Below, piece after piece: positions 40,283-52,283 of a stretch of DNA of 64,000 nucleotides. Made by a program: the position numbers and the translations under genes. A model generated the notes under the pieces. That model was not told where the DNA came from, searched no databases, and saw only the letters and a program-made list of their open reading frames with translations. Positions within the stretch are counted from its first letter, which is position 1, and each line of letters begins with the position of its first letter. Origin of the DNA: Takakia lepidozioides. Lineage: Eukaryota > Plantae > Bryophyta. The DNA lies in NCBI GenBank assembly GCA_030704615.1, contig CM060732.1, positions 54,126,001-54,190,000 on the forward strand, given 5' to 3'.

Positions 40283-40306
40283 TAGGGCTAGGGTTAGGGT
40301 TAGGGC
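40283..40306. promoter_or_regulatory. Telo-box-like TAGGG(T/C) repeats upstream of the CCDC174-like gene; TATATAAA on the minus strand at ~40230-40237
   Basis: CTAGGGCTAGGGTTAGGGTTAGGG about 500 bp before the ATG; resembles plant telo-box promoter motifs. Confidence 0.35.
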
Positions 40307-40808
40307 GTAACGCTTTCAATGCAAGGAGCGATTCGGGCATATGAGAGAGAGAGAGAGAGCGCATTACTGCCGACAGATCCATTGAAGACGGGTGACAAGA
40401 TTTCTGAGGCTGACTTGGTGCGACCATCTCCGTATATCCTGTTACCGGTCTAGGACAGGAATGGAGGAAATTTTAATATAGTAGTGTCCGGGTGTTGGGA
40501 ATTGAGTTGGAGCAGGTTCCAAGTGAAGTTGTGCATTTTGCAGGTTGAGTGGAATTCAGATGTTCGGAGTATTGAATCCCGGATTCAAAGTATTTCAGCA
40601 CATCAGAGAGTACAAGGACTGCGTTGTTGATGTCTTGCGAGACCCATAGAAGTTGCAGTCTGGAATGTTGGCACTCAGAAAGATCTAGAGAAGGTTATGG
40701 ACATTTTTTACTCTCTTTCGACCCCAATTTAGTTGAAGCGTTGACGTCTCTTCGTCAAGAGCTTAGACGCAAGCTTTATTGCACTTCAGATAGGCTATCC
40801 AGACAGAC

Positions 40809-42816
40809 ATGGAAGAATTGAAGGATATATCGACGGAGACTGGGAGGGTGAAGAACGTGACAGCAGGCAAAGACATGCGTGTAGATTCAATGGGGTGGCT
40901 TACAGAATCGGCAGTTATGCCAAAGAAGCAGAGGATCATAGAAGGGGTTGGGCCGTCGTCCATTGTTGAGCTCAAAGCACAGCTGTACCGCACCCAAGAG
41001 GATGCTAAGCGCGCGAAGGAAGGGGGTGTCGATCTCGAGACACAAACTTCTCGCAAAAAGGTTGATGCATTCTCGAGGAAGAATGTGGGAGTTGAGGAGC
41101 GTGCTAACAGGTTGGACTTTCTCGCCAAATTCCATGTCTGGGTCTGTTACCAGCTGGATTGAAGCTCTTCTATACTGCGTTAAGTGCATCTCTACATGCT
41201 GAAGAGATCATTTCGAATGAGAGCATAATTCGCCAAAGCACAGCTAGAATACCTCACCAGTTTCTAGTACCTAGAGTGAAGCACAGTGCTGCACTTCCAT
41301 AGCAGTTCATAGCATCATTCAATACTGAAGGAATCTGAGGCACTTCTTGGTATATGTTATATATCCAGTTGTATTTGCTGAAGGTGAGATATGCTGGCCG
41401 ACATCTAAACACTTCATAATGTTACATACCACTTCATGGCTAATCCATTGCAGGCATGTACTGTGGTGTAACTGCTCGATGAGATTCTCAAGGGTTAACA
41501 TCAGGGTGTTCAGTTACACTGGCCTATGTGTATCCACAACCTATGTTAAGCTGAACAGTTTGTGAACCAAACAAAATTCATTGCAAGAGGGGAGAGGTTA
41601 AACTGTGATCTCTCCTGTATGAGAAATTTTTCTCGGCCATATGGTAGTTGGTCTCTCTCTCACTCTCTCTATTGTTCCCTTTGTTAGTAATGCGGTCTGG
41701 TCTGAAGAACCAACTACCTTAACGCATGGGCTTATCACCGAGAACCCTGTCGCAGCCCCTTTCACACAGACCTCAACTTTTACCATGTGCAGCTCCCCAG
41801 CCAATGCTGAATCGCATACTGCCTAGGCCTCTCTTACCTAGCGCATTGTTGCTTGTCGTTGGGGGAGCAAGTGGACAAAACCGACCAGAGGTTCTTTCCA
41901 CTCACATGTATAGAGGTTTATCTACAGTTTCGTGAAGAAGGACAGTGCAATCAGCTATCCTCCCTGAGCTGTTAAGGCTCCTAGGAGACCGCGTGGAGAC
42001 TCCACTACAGTGTGTGTGTGGATTTGAAAGCCTGCAGCCTGGCCGCCGACCTTAACACCGGGTTAACTCTTGGAAGTTGATTTGTCTGACAGTGACACTC
42101 TGTGGTGCAGGGACAAGCTTTATTTAAAGTCCATAAAAGATGGCTCCAAGAGCTATGCAGCCCTGGAGAAGAAAGCTGAGCTTTATGAGAAACTGGTCAA
42201 TGGAGAGGTACCTGATGAAGAAGAGACAGAGAAGTACAGTGTTGATTTTTTGCGGAAGGGTTTCCTGGAGGATGAGTTCCAAGACATGGAGAGAGAAAGG
42301 AGAGGAGAAGATACGGTGGAAGAGAAAGATAGCCTAGAGACGATGGGGCAAATGGGCTTGTCAGAGGAGAAGCAGCGAGTGGGTGTAGGCTGGAGGGCAG
42401 GGGGTTCTAGTGGACTGACCCAGGAGCAAAAACAAACCATCAGGTATGGCATTCTTGAACTCGTTTCCCTTCAAGATAATGGCCAGCAGCCTTAATATAT
42501 ATTAGGTGCAAAACTGCTAGGTCACAGCATGCTGTTGAAATATGGATGCACCTCGATGGGCACTGAATATGTGAAGGAAAGGGCATCATGGTGTGATGTT
42601 GATTGACATCACAGGGAGGTCAACGAGGAGACGGTTGAAGCAAGGGAGAAGGCTTCAGTTTTGAAGCAACGCCGTCGAATGGCGGCTGAAAAGAATCGGG
42701 AGAGGTTGCGCCTTGCCTTTTTGAAGAAGCGGGTTGAAAAACTTAAGGCCTCTGAGGTTGTCGAAAAGGATGGTCATTTGCAATCACCAGCTGTCAAGGA
42801 AACCTCATTGTCATAG
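40809..42816 (+). CDS. CCDC174/DUF4078-like coiled-coil protein (At4g18257-like), 3 exons
   Basis: Exons 40809-41110, 42111-42443 and 42615-42816 splice in frame via GT-AG: MGWLTESAVMPKK...GVGPSSIVELKAQLY...KNVGVEERANR/DK...ALEKKAELYEKL...YSVDF...EVNEETVEAREK...TAG. Confidence 0.85.
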
Positions 42817-43584
42817 CAATTTAGGGCTCCTTTCATGTATCCATGTATAAACTTCGAAACATTAGAAGCAACTCATTGTCCTGGTTGTCAGGGACAACAC
42901 TTTCTCCCTCTGGAATGGTGCAGGAGCCCAAATCAGTTTTCTCTCTACAGACGGCCTCTTTGTAAGCCACAAGGTCCACAACGAAGGCAGAGTAGAAGTA
43001 GATTGATAATGCCTTGGCTCCAGTGATGGGGTTGCGCTTGTATCATGCTGTCCTTCAGCTTGTACCATTTGTCTTGTGCTTGTACACAAAAAGAAAGGGC
43101 GTCATTTATCCTTTTTTTTATTATCTCAGTAAATATTAGCAGAAATTCGGACTGCTACTACTATGTCTTTCTCTCACTTGGTGTCAGATTTATGTTGTCC
43201 AGCCTTATGTAAGGGCCCCGTTGTGGTCTTTCTTGGTGCATGCATTCAGCTTCTATAGTCTACAGAGACAACTTTCCACTCTTCTTTGGCCCAATCACAA
43301 TGGGTCACTATCACAATTGGTGATAGCCAGGTGGTGTACTCCACTGGTATATAAATTTGGCTTCAGTCTTATGAGATAATTAGGTTTCATGCTATATCTT
43401 GCCTGCTTCATTGGACAACTTTTCACACGACCAATGTTTTGGTTGGATGATTGTCATCCATTGTCACATGCATTTTGGACAGAAAAACAAAGAAGTTATT
43501 TTCGCTTCGTTGCCTGGATGAGGGATGCGTTGTTTTGTGAGCAAGGGAGACACTGAAGACAAGATTGTTCTGATCAGGGACAGT

Positions 43585-43922
43585 TTCAGACAGCTAGCAG
43601 TTGGGATTGCCACAGCAGCTTTTGAAATGCATGAAATGGAAAGAGAAAACCCTGAATACTTGATTCTCTCTTTTCTTTCTCATTTTCTTTCTCATGGGGT
43701 CTTTTGCCGTGACATATGGAAGTTAATTTCGGGATTGAGACTGGTACAGTAGGACAAGATGTGAGAAGATCAGAGACAGTCTCAGACAGCTAGCAACTGG
43801 GATTGAGAAAGCTTGCAGCAGCCTTTGCAATGCATGAAATGGCACGCGATGAGGTTACTTGCAAGAGAAAACCCTGGAAACCCTGATTCTCTCTTTTCTT
43901 TGTCATGGGGTCTTTTGCCGTG
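43585..43922. repeat. Two diverged tandem copies of a ~130-bp block (period ~200 bp)
   Basis: CAGACAGCTAGCA..TGGGATTG...TGCATGAAATGG...AAGAGAAAACCCTG...CATGGGGTCTTTTGCCGTG occurs at ~43587 and ~43783. Confidence 0.7.
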
Positions 43923-44559
43923 GTTAGTTGCCATTCAGATGCAGGTGATGTTATAGGTGAGGGAGACAGGAAATGTACGCACTTGGAAAGACGTCGTAAA
44001 CAAGTGAGAGTAATGGAGGGTGACAGAAATACCTGGTATGGGAATGTAGGGGAGAATTTCCACAGATATACCAAATGTGTGAGGGTCAGCCATTGACGAA
44101 GAAGGCACATGGAATAGGAAACAGAAATCCCTGTTGCTGGAAAGTATTACAGAATATGTTTTATAGATATATAGCAAGTATGTGACTTGTCCACTGCGAA
44201 TCAAAGCCTGGTGAAAGCTGCACTGCAAACATTTCGTCAATTTCTCCAGTTCCAGTTTAGCACTCCCAGCTGGATTACCTTGAATATATAGCATTTTTTT
44301 TTTCTCATGTAAGTCACTTGGAAATCAAGAATAATGTACTGAAAAATTGATGTAGTTCTTACATTAATTGTTCTCATGGACCTCTGAGAGGCTGAAGCTG
44401 TTGGATGGCCTACTTGACCAAGTGTACAGAGTGCTACAACGCACTAATTAAAAAGCAATGCAATGCTCGCCGGCTTGTCATCCATTTTGCAGACAACTTT
44501 GTTAGACAAAAGATATCTCGTGAGTTGAGAGGTAGATCATGGAATGCGTGCACTGACAC

Positions 44560-45560
44560 TCATTTGCCAGCATGCTTTCCGACGCTCCTTCAGATGCACA
44601 TCGGGCCAGACTTCTCTCGTGCGCAGGGCCCGGAGCAGGCGCGTGGCTCACGGTATGACCAACCATTGCACCTTTCCGTATGTCTTCTGCTGTATTTACC
44701 ACCTCCCTACGAGTTCGACTGGGTCTTCGGCATCCCTTTGTGTTAGGACTCCAACAGTGTGTTTGTCGCCATCCTCTCGACTCACTCGGCGTACATCTTC
44801 TTCGTTGCCCCTGCGGTGGAGAACGCACTGCGACCCATGACGTCGTCCGGGATGCAGCAGCTGCGGTTGATTGTGATGCTGGGATACATGTCATTCGAGA
44901 CCAGGTGCACATACTCCCATCGACCCACAATCACCATTCCACTCGACGGCGGGTTGACATTGTTCTCTCACAGGACGGACTGCGTACATTGGCGGACGTT
45001 GTCATCGCTGATCTTACTAGGTCGGATCTCTTGCCCCGCACAGCCTCATCACAGGGAGTTGCCGCTTCAGTACCTGCACATGGAAAAGAGCATGACTATC
45101 GGGCACATCATTCCACAGACACATTCCTTCCTTTGGCAGTTGAGATCTTTGGTTGTTTGCATCATCAGTTCAACAAGTTCTTTCGCACATGTGCCCATCC
45201 TGCAACAGAAAACAAAAGCCTTGGAAGCCCATACGCCTCTGTTCTTGTAGCTTTCTTTAGACGACGAGTTTCTGTTGCTTTGCAAAAGGCTCAAGCTCAA
45301 TCTATTTTACGTCGGGCAGAGGTTGCTGGGGCGGCTTCATCTTGCCTCCCCGCACTCTCTGATCCACCCTCTTTCATGTTGTCTGACCTTCTTCAGGCTG
45401 TAGGTGATACTAGAATAGTTTGATTTCTTTCTTGGTGTTAATATATCTAGCTCTACGAGCTTTGGTTGTTTCTTCTTGGGGACAGTTACACCCATTTGTA
45501 CAGTCACCCCACTTGGGTTTTTTTATACAGCCATGAAAGGTTTTTTTTTTTTTTTTTTTT
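44560..45560 (+). mobile_element. 5'-truncated RLE-type (CRE-like) non-LTR copy with an intact endonuclease domain
   Basis: ORF 44680-45423: CVCRH...HLLRC, HDVVRD, RRRVDI...ADVVI, KEHDY, FLPLAVEIFG; 3' UTR matches 32150-32260. Confidence 0.88.
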
Positions 45561-46199
45561 AAATTAATTTTAATTAATTTTAATGGTTCTTTGCAAGGCT
45601 TAAATTTAAAGGTCCGTTTTCAAATTCGGTATATGTCATTAAAGGACTCTGGCATGCAGGGAGCAGCATCAGCGTTTTTGAATCGTTTGTAATGAACCTA
45701 CCTTCTGGAATTCTGCGTTGTATTGAGTTTGATCCGAGTCCTTCTCTTACAAAGATTGTTAACCACTGTTGAACAGAATGCTAGAACGGTGATTATACCC
45801 TTTGAAAACTGTACCTAGGTACTCGTTTAGTGGGGTTGCAATATTGTAACATGGATGGCAAATGTCTTACAGCTGAAGGCCTGGGCTAAATAAGTTCAAC
45901 GACTCCAAGAATGGCACTCTCAACTCTTGGTCTTAGCACTTAATAATCCAAATATCACCACCAAAAAGGTTGCCTAATTATTTTTAAGCAATAATTCCAC
46001 AAATAATGTGAGATTTAAATGGATAAATAAACATAACAGTGAAATATCTTCATACGTGACATGCAATGAGAACTAAAAAATACAAAAAGAATTGAATGTT
46101 TATTTATTTTTAAATGAATCTTTAAACATGAATATGGAACAAATTATTAAACATATTACTTGATTACGAAACAAACAGACTAAGACTTCGTTTGTCCAA

Positions 46200-48560
46200 A
46201 TATATAGAAATAATATTGCAGACACGCCAAAATATCATCCATGTGGATGTTGCATCGACTATGGTTTTTAAGGGGTAAATTAAAATTATAAATAAATAAA
46301 ACCAAACCAAACCATTTTCATGACCAATGTAGATGTACAAACATTAGGCCAAACATTATTGGTTTGTAAATCATGTTTGAAATATATGCATTAAGACAAG
46401 GAACCACCATTTGACGTTCCATCACACATATTTCGGAATACAAGTATACCATTTGTTGCAATATTAAATGAATTAGAAAAAAGATTAGTAACACCGCGAC
46501 AAGTGTTTGGTCAAATTTATGAACTACAAGGTTACGGATCATTTGGATTACGAGGTGATATTATTAACGTGCCCACAAACATAGATTGCATACAAACTGT
46601 CTTTCCTCGTACGGTACATGAAGAAACAACTTTAGGTGTAATATTAAGACGTAAATTAGAATACAAATCTATTTATTTATCGGAAACGTATGTCCACACC
46701 AAGTTATGCACTGCAAGCCCTTGGGGGATGCTATTATGTGAGCAGATCCCGCGAGCAGAAAAATCCGTGAGCAGAAATATGCTCACGCTTCAGGATCTGC
46801 CCACCTATAACCGCGGGCGCCTACTGTGGGCAGTATTACAAACTCGGTTATGGATGCTGCTGGGATGAATGGCGGATGAATATCTGTATGATGAATGAGA
46901 CATGGATGAATGAAATAATACAAAGTTGTTTTGTAGAAAGAGCTCCCAAATCCCCCGAGCTCCCAAATCCTTTAAACCATGTTAGTCTTGCTTGCAAATC
47001 AATTGTGAAAGTGCACTGTATATTGCCAACAATGAATCCACATTGCTTTGTGGATTGAGGAGGGGTTACTTGTCATTTTTCCAGGTATCCAAGGTTGAGA
47101 GAAATGCTCACACCCAAATCTAAAGAAGGCAGATAGGTGAACTCGTGCTTTATAAATAAACATTTCAAAACACGTACTTGGGAATTAAGATGTCGTTGAC
47201 GACACCTTAATCCCCAGCACCTGCACACACACCGCCTTATCGCCAAGGCTTGATCGCCATCAGATTTTTTTGGGTGAATTTTTTTGGGGTTTTTGATTTT
47301 TCCATGAATTGTCATATGCCAACTCGTACTGGGAATTAAGATGTCGTTGACGACACCTTAATCCCCAGCACCTGCACACACACCGCCTTACCGCCAAGGC
47401 TTGTTCGCCATCAGATTTTTGTGGGTTGAAATTTTTTGGGTGAATTTTTTTGGGTTTTTGGTTTTTCCATGAATTGTCATGTGCCAACTCGTACTAGGAA
47501 TTAAGATGTCGTTGACAACACCTTAATCTGGCACATTCGGGGAAATATATATATATATATATGGTTTTTTTATTTATTATTATTTAACTTGCTGGGATTA
47601 AGATGGCGTTGACGACACCTTAATCTGGCACATTGGGGGGAGGGGGGGTGGTCAAGAAAAAAAACAAAAAACAAAAAAAAAACGAGATTTTTATTTTTTA
47701 TTTTTTTGAAAACTTGTTGGGAATTAAGATGTCATTGACGACACCTTAATCCCCACCACCTGCACACACACCGCCTTTCCGCCAAAGCTTCTTCACCTTG
47801 AAAGTTTTTTGTGTTGAAATTTTTTTGGTTAATGTTTTTGGGAAAAGAAAGTTCGGGGATTTTGGTTTTTCCGTAAGCTGTCATGTGCCAACTCGTACTG
47901 GGAATTAAAATGTCGCGACACTTAAACCGAGCACCATTCATCCGGCAACTTTTCATCGCACATTCGTACCATATGGTCATCACCCAACAAGGATTCTTCC
48001 GTCGGATGGGGTGGAGATTGTGTCCGTGCAGTGTAGTTTTTGTCCACGGCAATAGGCCATTTTCTTCCCTCAGTTGTAGGCTCCCATTCACTAATCTGCT
48101 CACGTTTACCACTTAAAGCGTGAGCGTGCTCACGTGAGCTGCTCGCACGGTAGCTACCCTCCAAGCCCTTCATGATTTGTGTAACACGCCTTTGTACAAA
48201 ATTGAAAAAATATATGAATCAACAGTGGAATGACTATTTTGCACTTTCCAATGCAACATCCAACAATACAAACATAGAACAAACTGAAGAAATCCCAACA
48301 ACATTGAATGATACTGACACTACAATAAATACTAACACAACTATTACACCAATCAATTTCGAGGAAATATAAGATAATACACTCACCGATACACTTGTTC
48401 AAAATTTTGGACGTTGAACAAATTAATGATAACGACATAACAAACATTATTTTTGTTGCTCCTAGTGAACACTACAAACCAATTGGTTTATTCTTTGATC
48501 GTTATTGTGAAGACTATAGTTTTCCAAAGTTATTCTTTGGAGTTAGAAGATCATCTGAAG
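46200..48560 (+). mobile_element. Helitron/Helentron RepHel N-terminal fragment, split by a MULE-like insertion
   Basis: FGQIYELQGYGSFGLRGDIINVP...FPR...ILRRKLEYK...NVCPHQVM / QALHDLCNTPLYK (DUF6570-type region) and VAPSEHYKPIGLFFDRYCEDYSFPKLF. Confidence 0.72.
46723..48161. mobile_element. Non-autonomous Mutator-like (MULE) element with internal hairpin repeats
   Basis: Exact 9-bp TSD CAAGCCCTT (46714-46722, 48162-48170); ungapped imperfect ~35-bp TIR GGGGGATGCTATTATGTGAGCAG / GAGGGTAGCTACCGTGCGAGCAG; removing it rejoins the Helitron peptide. Confidence 0.8.
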
Positions 48561-49214
48561 CTCAAGCGCCATGTCACAGCCAGCCTGGAGAGTCATATCT
48601 GCCATGTCACAACTGACTAGGCTTTTACGTCTTCAGAGTCAGGAAGTCGTAAATAGCTTCCATAACTGCATTTACAGTCACAACACAGAGACGTAAAAGC
48701 TGCAATCTGTTATAGTGAAGTGCAGCCTTCGTTGTGGAGGAAGGGGTCGCTATGGGGGTGACATCCAAAAGTTGCCCATACTGGGGCCCCGAATGGGTGA
48801 TGTGCTTGCCAAGGTACATTTCACCCGTCTTGGTGGCCGGGGGTGTGCTCAACTGAGCATCCGGCTCAGCAACATCCTCCCGAATATGAGAGCTGGCTGA
48901 GCCGGCCCCTGGCACATCCAAGATGGGGACAAGAGGGGGGGTACTGGCCTCGAGGGGCAGACAAGCCCTCTGGTTGCGGCTGTCGACGGGGCTAGTAAAC
49001 CGTGAGACGCCCTGGCGCGTCATACGTGCCGACAGAGCAAACGGATTGTTTGCCCCTTTTTTGGGGGCAAGGGACTTCGTCTCTTTCCCCATAAGCTGGC
49101 ACCTGTCATGCAAACCTACAAGTTGGCCTCATTAGAAAACAACCTCTACATTCCAGATCAAAAACAAAAAACACCAAGCATGTCGGGGGCTGAGAGCAAC
49201 AAGTGCTGGGGGTC

Positions 49215-49338
49215 TCGAGAGGGGGCAACAAAGAGAAAAGAAAAAGGTGGTAGGGGTGGGGGGGGGGGGGACTGAGCAGCAGCAGCAGCTGCTGAGCACC
49301 ACCTGCTCAGTCACTCCCCCCCCCCCATTTTTTATTTT

Positions 49339-49375
<37 letters not shown>

Positions 49376-50012
49376 TTTTTTTTTTGCTGCTCACAAGAAT
49401 AAACAAACCACAAGGGAGAGAGGGTGCAAAGAAAGTTAAAAAGAGAGAGGGAAGATATTCATGTGATGTCAAGACATGGACAAGACCCTATTAGGGTCAT
49501 TGTCAATTAAAGACATAAACAGCCCAAAACAAGGCACCATCTAACATTTCCATTCTTGTCATAGCTTCCCATGAATTGACATCACCCAATCATTCTTGAT
49601 AAAACAGGGTGGGAGGGCAGGGTTTGTTCATGTACAGGTCATGACAACAAGACAAGCATATAAGCAAGCATCTTGTGTTCTGAAAAAACAGATTGCTGCA
49701 GCCTGTCATACATTTTCTTGGCATCACAATTACAACAAGACATGCATAGAGCAAAACATCTTGGGTATGTGAAACCAGCCTGCAATATTACATATTCAAG
49801 ACATGCCCTTCAAGCAAACATCTTGGGTATGACAAAATAGTTAGCAGCAACCTACCTTATCATGCATCAAGCAAGGCATAAGGACCAGCCTGCAATTTTT
49901 CATAATCAAAACATGCTTCCAAGCAATCCTACTTGGGCATGATGAAATAGATTCCATACCATTTGTACTCACCCCGAGACATGTAATCATACAAGGTGTC
50001 AAGGGAATGTGA
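49215..50012 (+). repeat. ~800-bp dispersed direct repeat, copy 1
   Basis: Colinear with 61688-62505, from GAGAGGGGGCAACAAAG to ...TCAAGGGAATGTGA. Confidence 0.85.
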
Positions 50013-51302
50013 ATTCAGCCTGTCAAATTGCAACTTCAAGACTTGTACACACAAGCAATTGGAACAACCGAGATTCAGCCTCTTTGGCACATAAAAAACT
50101 CAGATTGCGGGTCATAGGCCTGATGTCATACAAAGCCAAAACTATAGGTAGGATTCCATTACAGCATACCGTCCTCATCCTTCAAGAGGTCCATGCTAAA
50201 GCTTGCAAAGAACACCTCACTATGATCACACACCAGTAATAGGTCCGAAAAGGAGCAGATCGGTGCCTTATCAGGCTGCCGCCATAACACTCAAGGCCAC
50301 CACGTCCATAGAGTCCCAAACCCGCCGAGGCAGCCCCCATAAAACCAGATCCTCTATGGCCCAAAGAAATTACAACCTAGCTCATTAATCCACAGGCCCT
50401 GTTGTCAAAGATCAAAAGATAGGGTATGGTCTGTATGCAGGCCTCAGGAGACAGGCCAGACAGGTCGAGCTACCCCATCGACGGCAGAACAACAAAAGCC
50501 AAAACATAGGTTGTAGCATGCCAAACCAGGAGCAGTCGGCAGCAGCAACCACTTCAAGGCTCGATAACTTACAGGTCTCCTTAGCCCATATCCCCAACTG
50601 CATGCTCAAGAAATTTCAAAGTACGTGAGGATCATCACCTGGTCCCATCACAAGCCCCCACAAAATCAATGCCACTGCATTCACAACAGTGTTTCCCGCT
50701 GCAAGAGAGACAAGGCGCCGCCTTCGCGCCTCCCCAGGCGCTCGTCCAGCACGGGTACGATACCACAAACGGGGTAGCCACCAAAGCACATCCGCCATAA
50801 CACTCTCCCCACGAGCTCAGAAACACATCGCGTGCTCTTGACAGTAGGAGAGACAACGTAGGGTTTTTTTTTCCGATTTTTCATCTGTGGATGAAAAACA
50901 ATAGAACACATCCTTCTACCCTGACGGATTTCATCCGTAGGAGAGTTAAAAATAGGTTTTAGGGTAGGGGTTAGGGTTTCACCCTGTAATTAATCATAAT
51001 TAGGGGTGGTTAAGATCAATTTCAGGCCATAATCAACTGTACTCGTCATCCATAAACAGATCATTTTGTCAAGATGAAAAAGTAGGGAATATCATCCGTG
51101 GCAGCGGTTTACCTCCACCTAGGTAATTCATCATTCCTCACCAGACCATCCGGTATGGATAAAAAAAAGTCAATGAAAGAGGAATGAAAATTATTATCTT
51201 GGTAGTTTTTCAACCGGTATGGATAAAAAACGGGATGTTGTTGGCAACCCTCATAGAGGTAATTTTTCATTCCTTGGTGACTCATCCGGTATGGATGAGA
51301 GT

Positions 51303-52023
51303 TGTCGTGCGTATACATATCGCTACACAACTACATCGCTGTCCAAAACCACACAACACATGTGCACACCACACACTAGTATACCACTAGTCCAGCCACT
51401 AGTCCAACCACTAGTCCAACCACTAGGCTACAACTAGTCAGTCACTATGCTGCCACTATGCTGCCCACTATGGCAGTCACTAGTCCACACAATAGATAAC
51501 GAAGAAGAATACAAGTACAAGCTCATGCGAGCTCACAAAGCTGAAGCATAAACTCATGCATATATAACCTCATCACTCAAATACAAGTCAAGCCAAGTGC
51601 ACCCCACGCCATGGGGAATCCACACTACGGCGCCATAGCTAGGCGCAGTGAGGCTCAACTCGATAAAGATGGGCCTCCCTTGCTTGCCGTAAAGATAACC
51701 ACTCCAGGGCCTAAATCTGCCTTGACCCCTGGATTGACACTTGGGCCAATCCCAAATGTCAATATGTAAAAGCTAGCTATTTCCTAGCTAGTTTCACACT
51801 AGTGGTAAAATAACTTGGCAGCTGTCGTGCGCATACATATCGCTACACAACTACATTGTTGTCCAAAACCACACAACACATGTGCACACCACACACTAGT
51901 ATACCACTAGTCTAGCCACTAGTCTAGCCACTAGTCCAACCACTAGTCCAACCACTAAGCTACAACTAGTCAATCACTAGGCTGCCACTATGCTGCCCAC
52001 TATGGCAGTCACTAGTCCACACA
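51303..52023 (-). repeat. 3' terminal repeat block Y1-X2-Y2
   Basis: 51303-51491 repeats at 51823-52023 (one extra 12-bp CCACTAG-containing unit); 51494-51820 repeats at 61158-61483. Confidence 0.93.
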
Positions 52024-52025
52024 AT

Positions 52026-52036
52026 CGCCCCCCTAG
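52026..52036 (-). other. Polypurine tract (PPT) candidate
   Basis: Minus strand CTAGGGGGGCG-AT-TGTGTGG directly precedes Y1. Confidence 0.7.
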
Positions 52037-52283
52037 CTGGTGCTTAGGTCCCTCTAAGTCCAGGTAGCCACAAGATGTGATAGTGACCATAGCCTCACTA
52101 AGTCCTCCACCACTATCCCTACTACACTCAAACTCGATAGATCAAGAGGCCGGGTGCAAGAGTTGCCCCATCGTTAGTCGCCGTCTTGCAACCTGTGAAC
52201 TTGAGCTTGGGATCTCATGTATTGACTCATATGAGCTTGGCCTCCCATGTCTTGTTAGCTGCCTCCAGTCATGTCCATTGCCA

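Noticed and set aside
47180-47930. CRISPR-like array of palindromic repeats
   Set aside because: The spacers are long, partly homologous to each other and variable in length; there are no cas genes and the context is a eukaryotic transposon.
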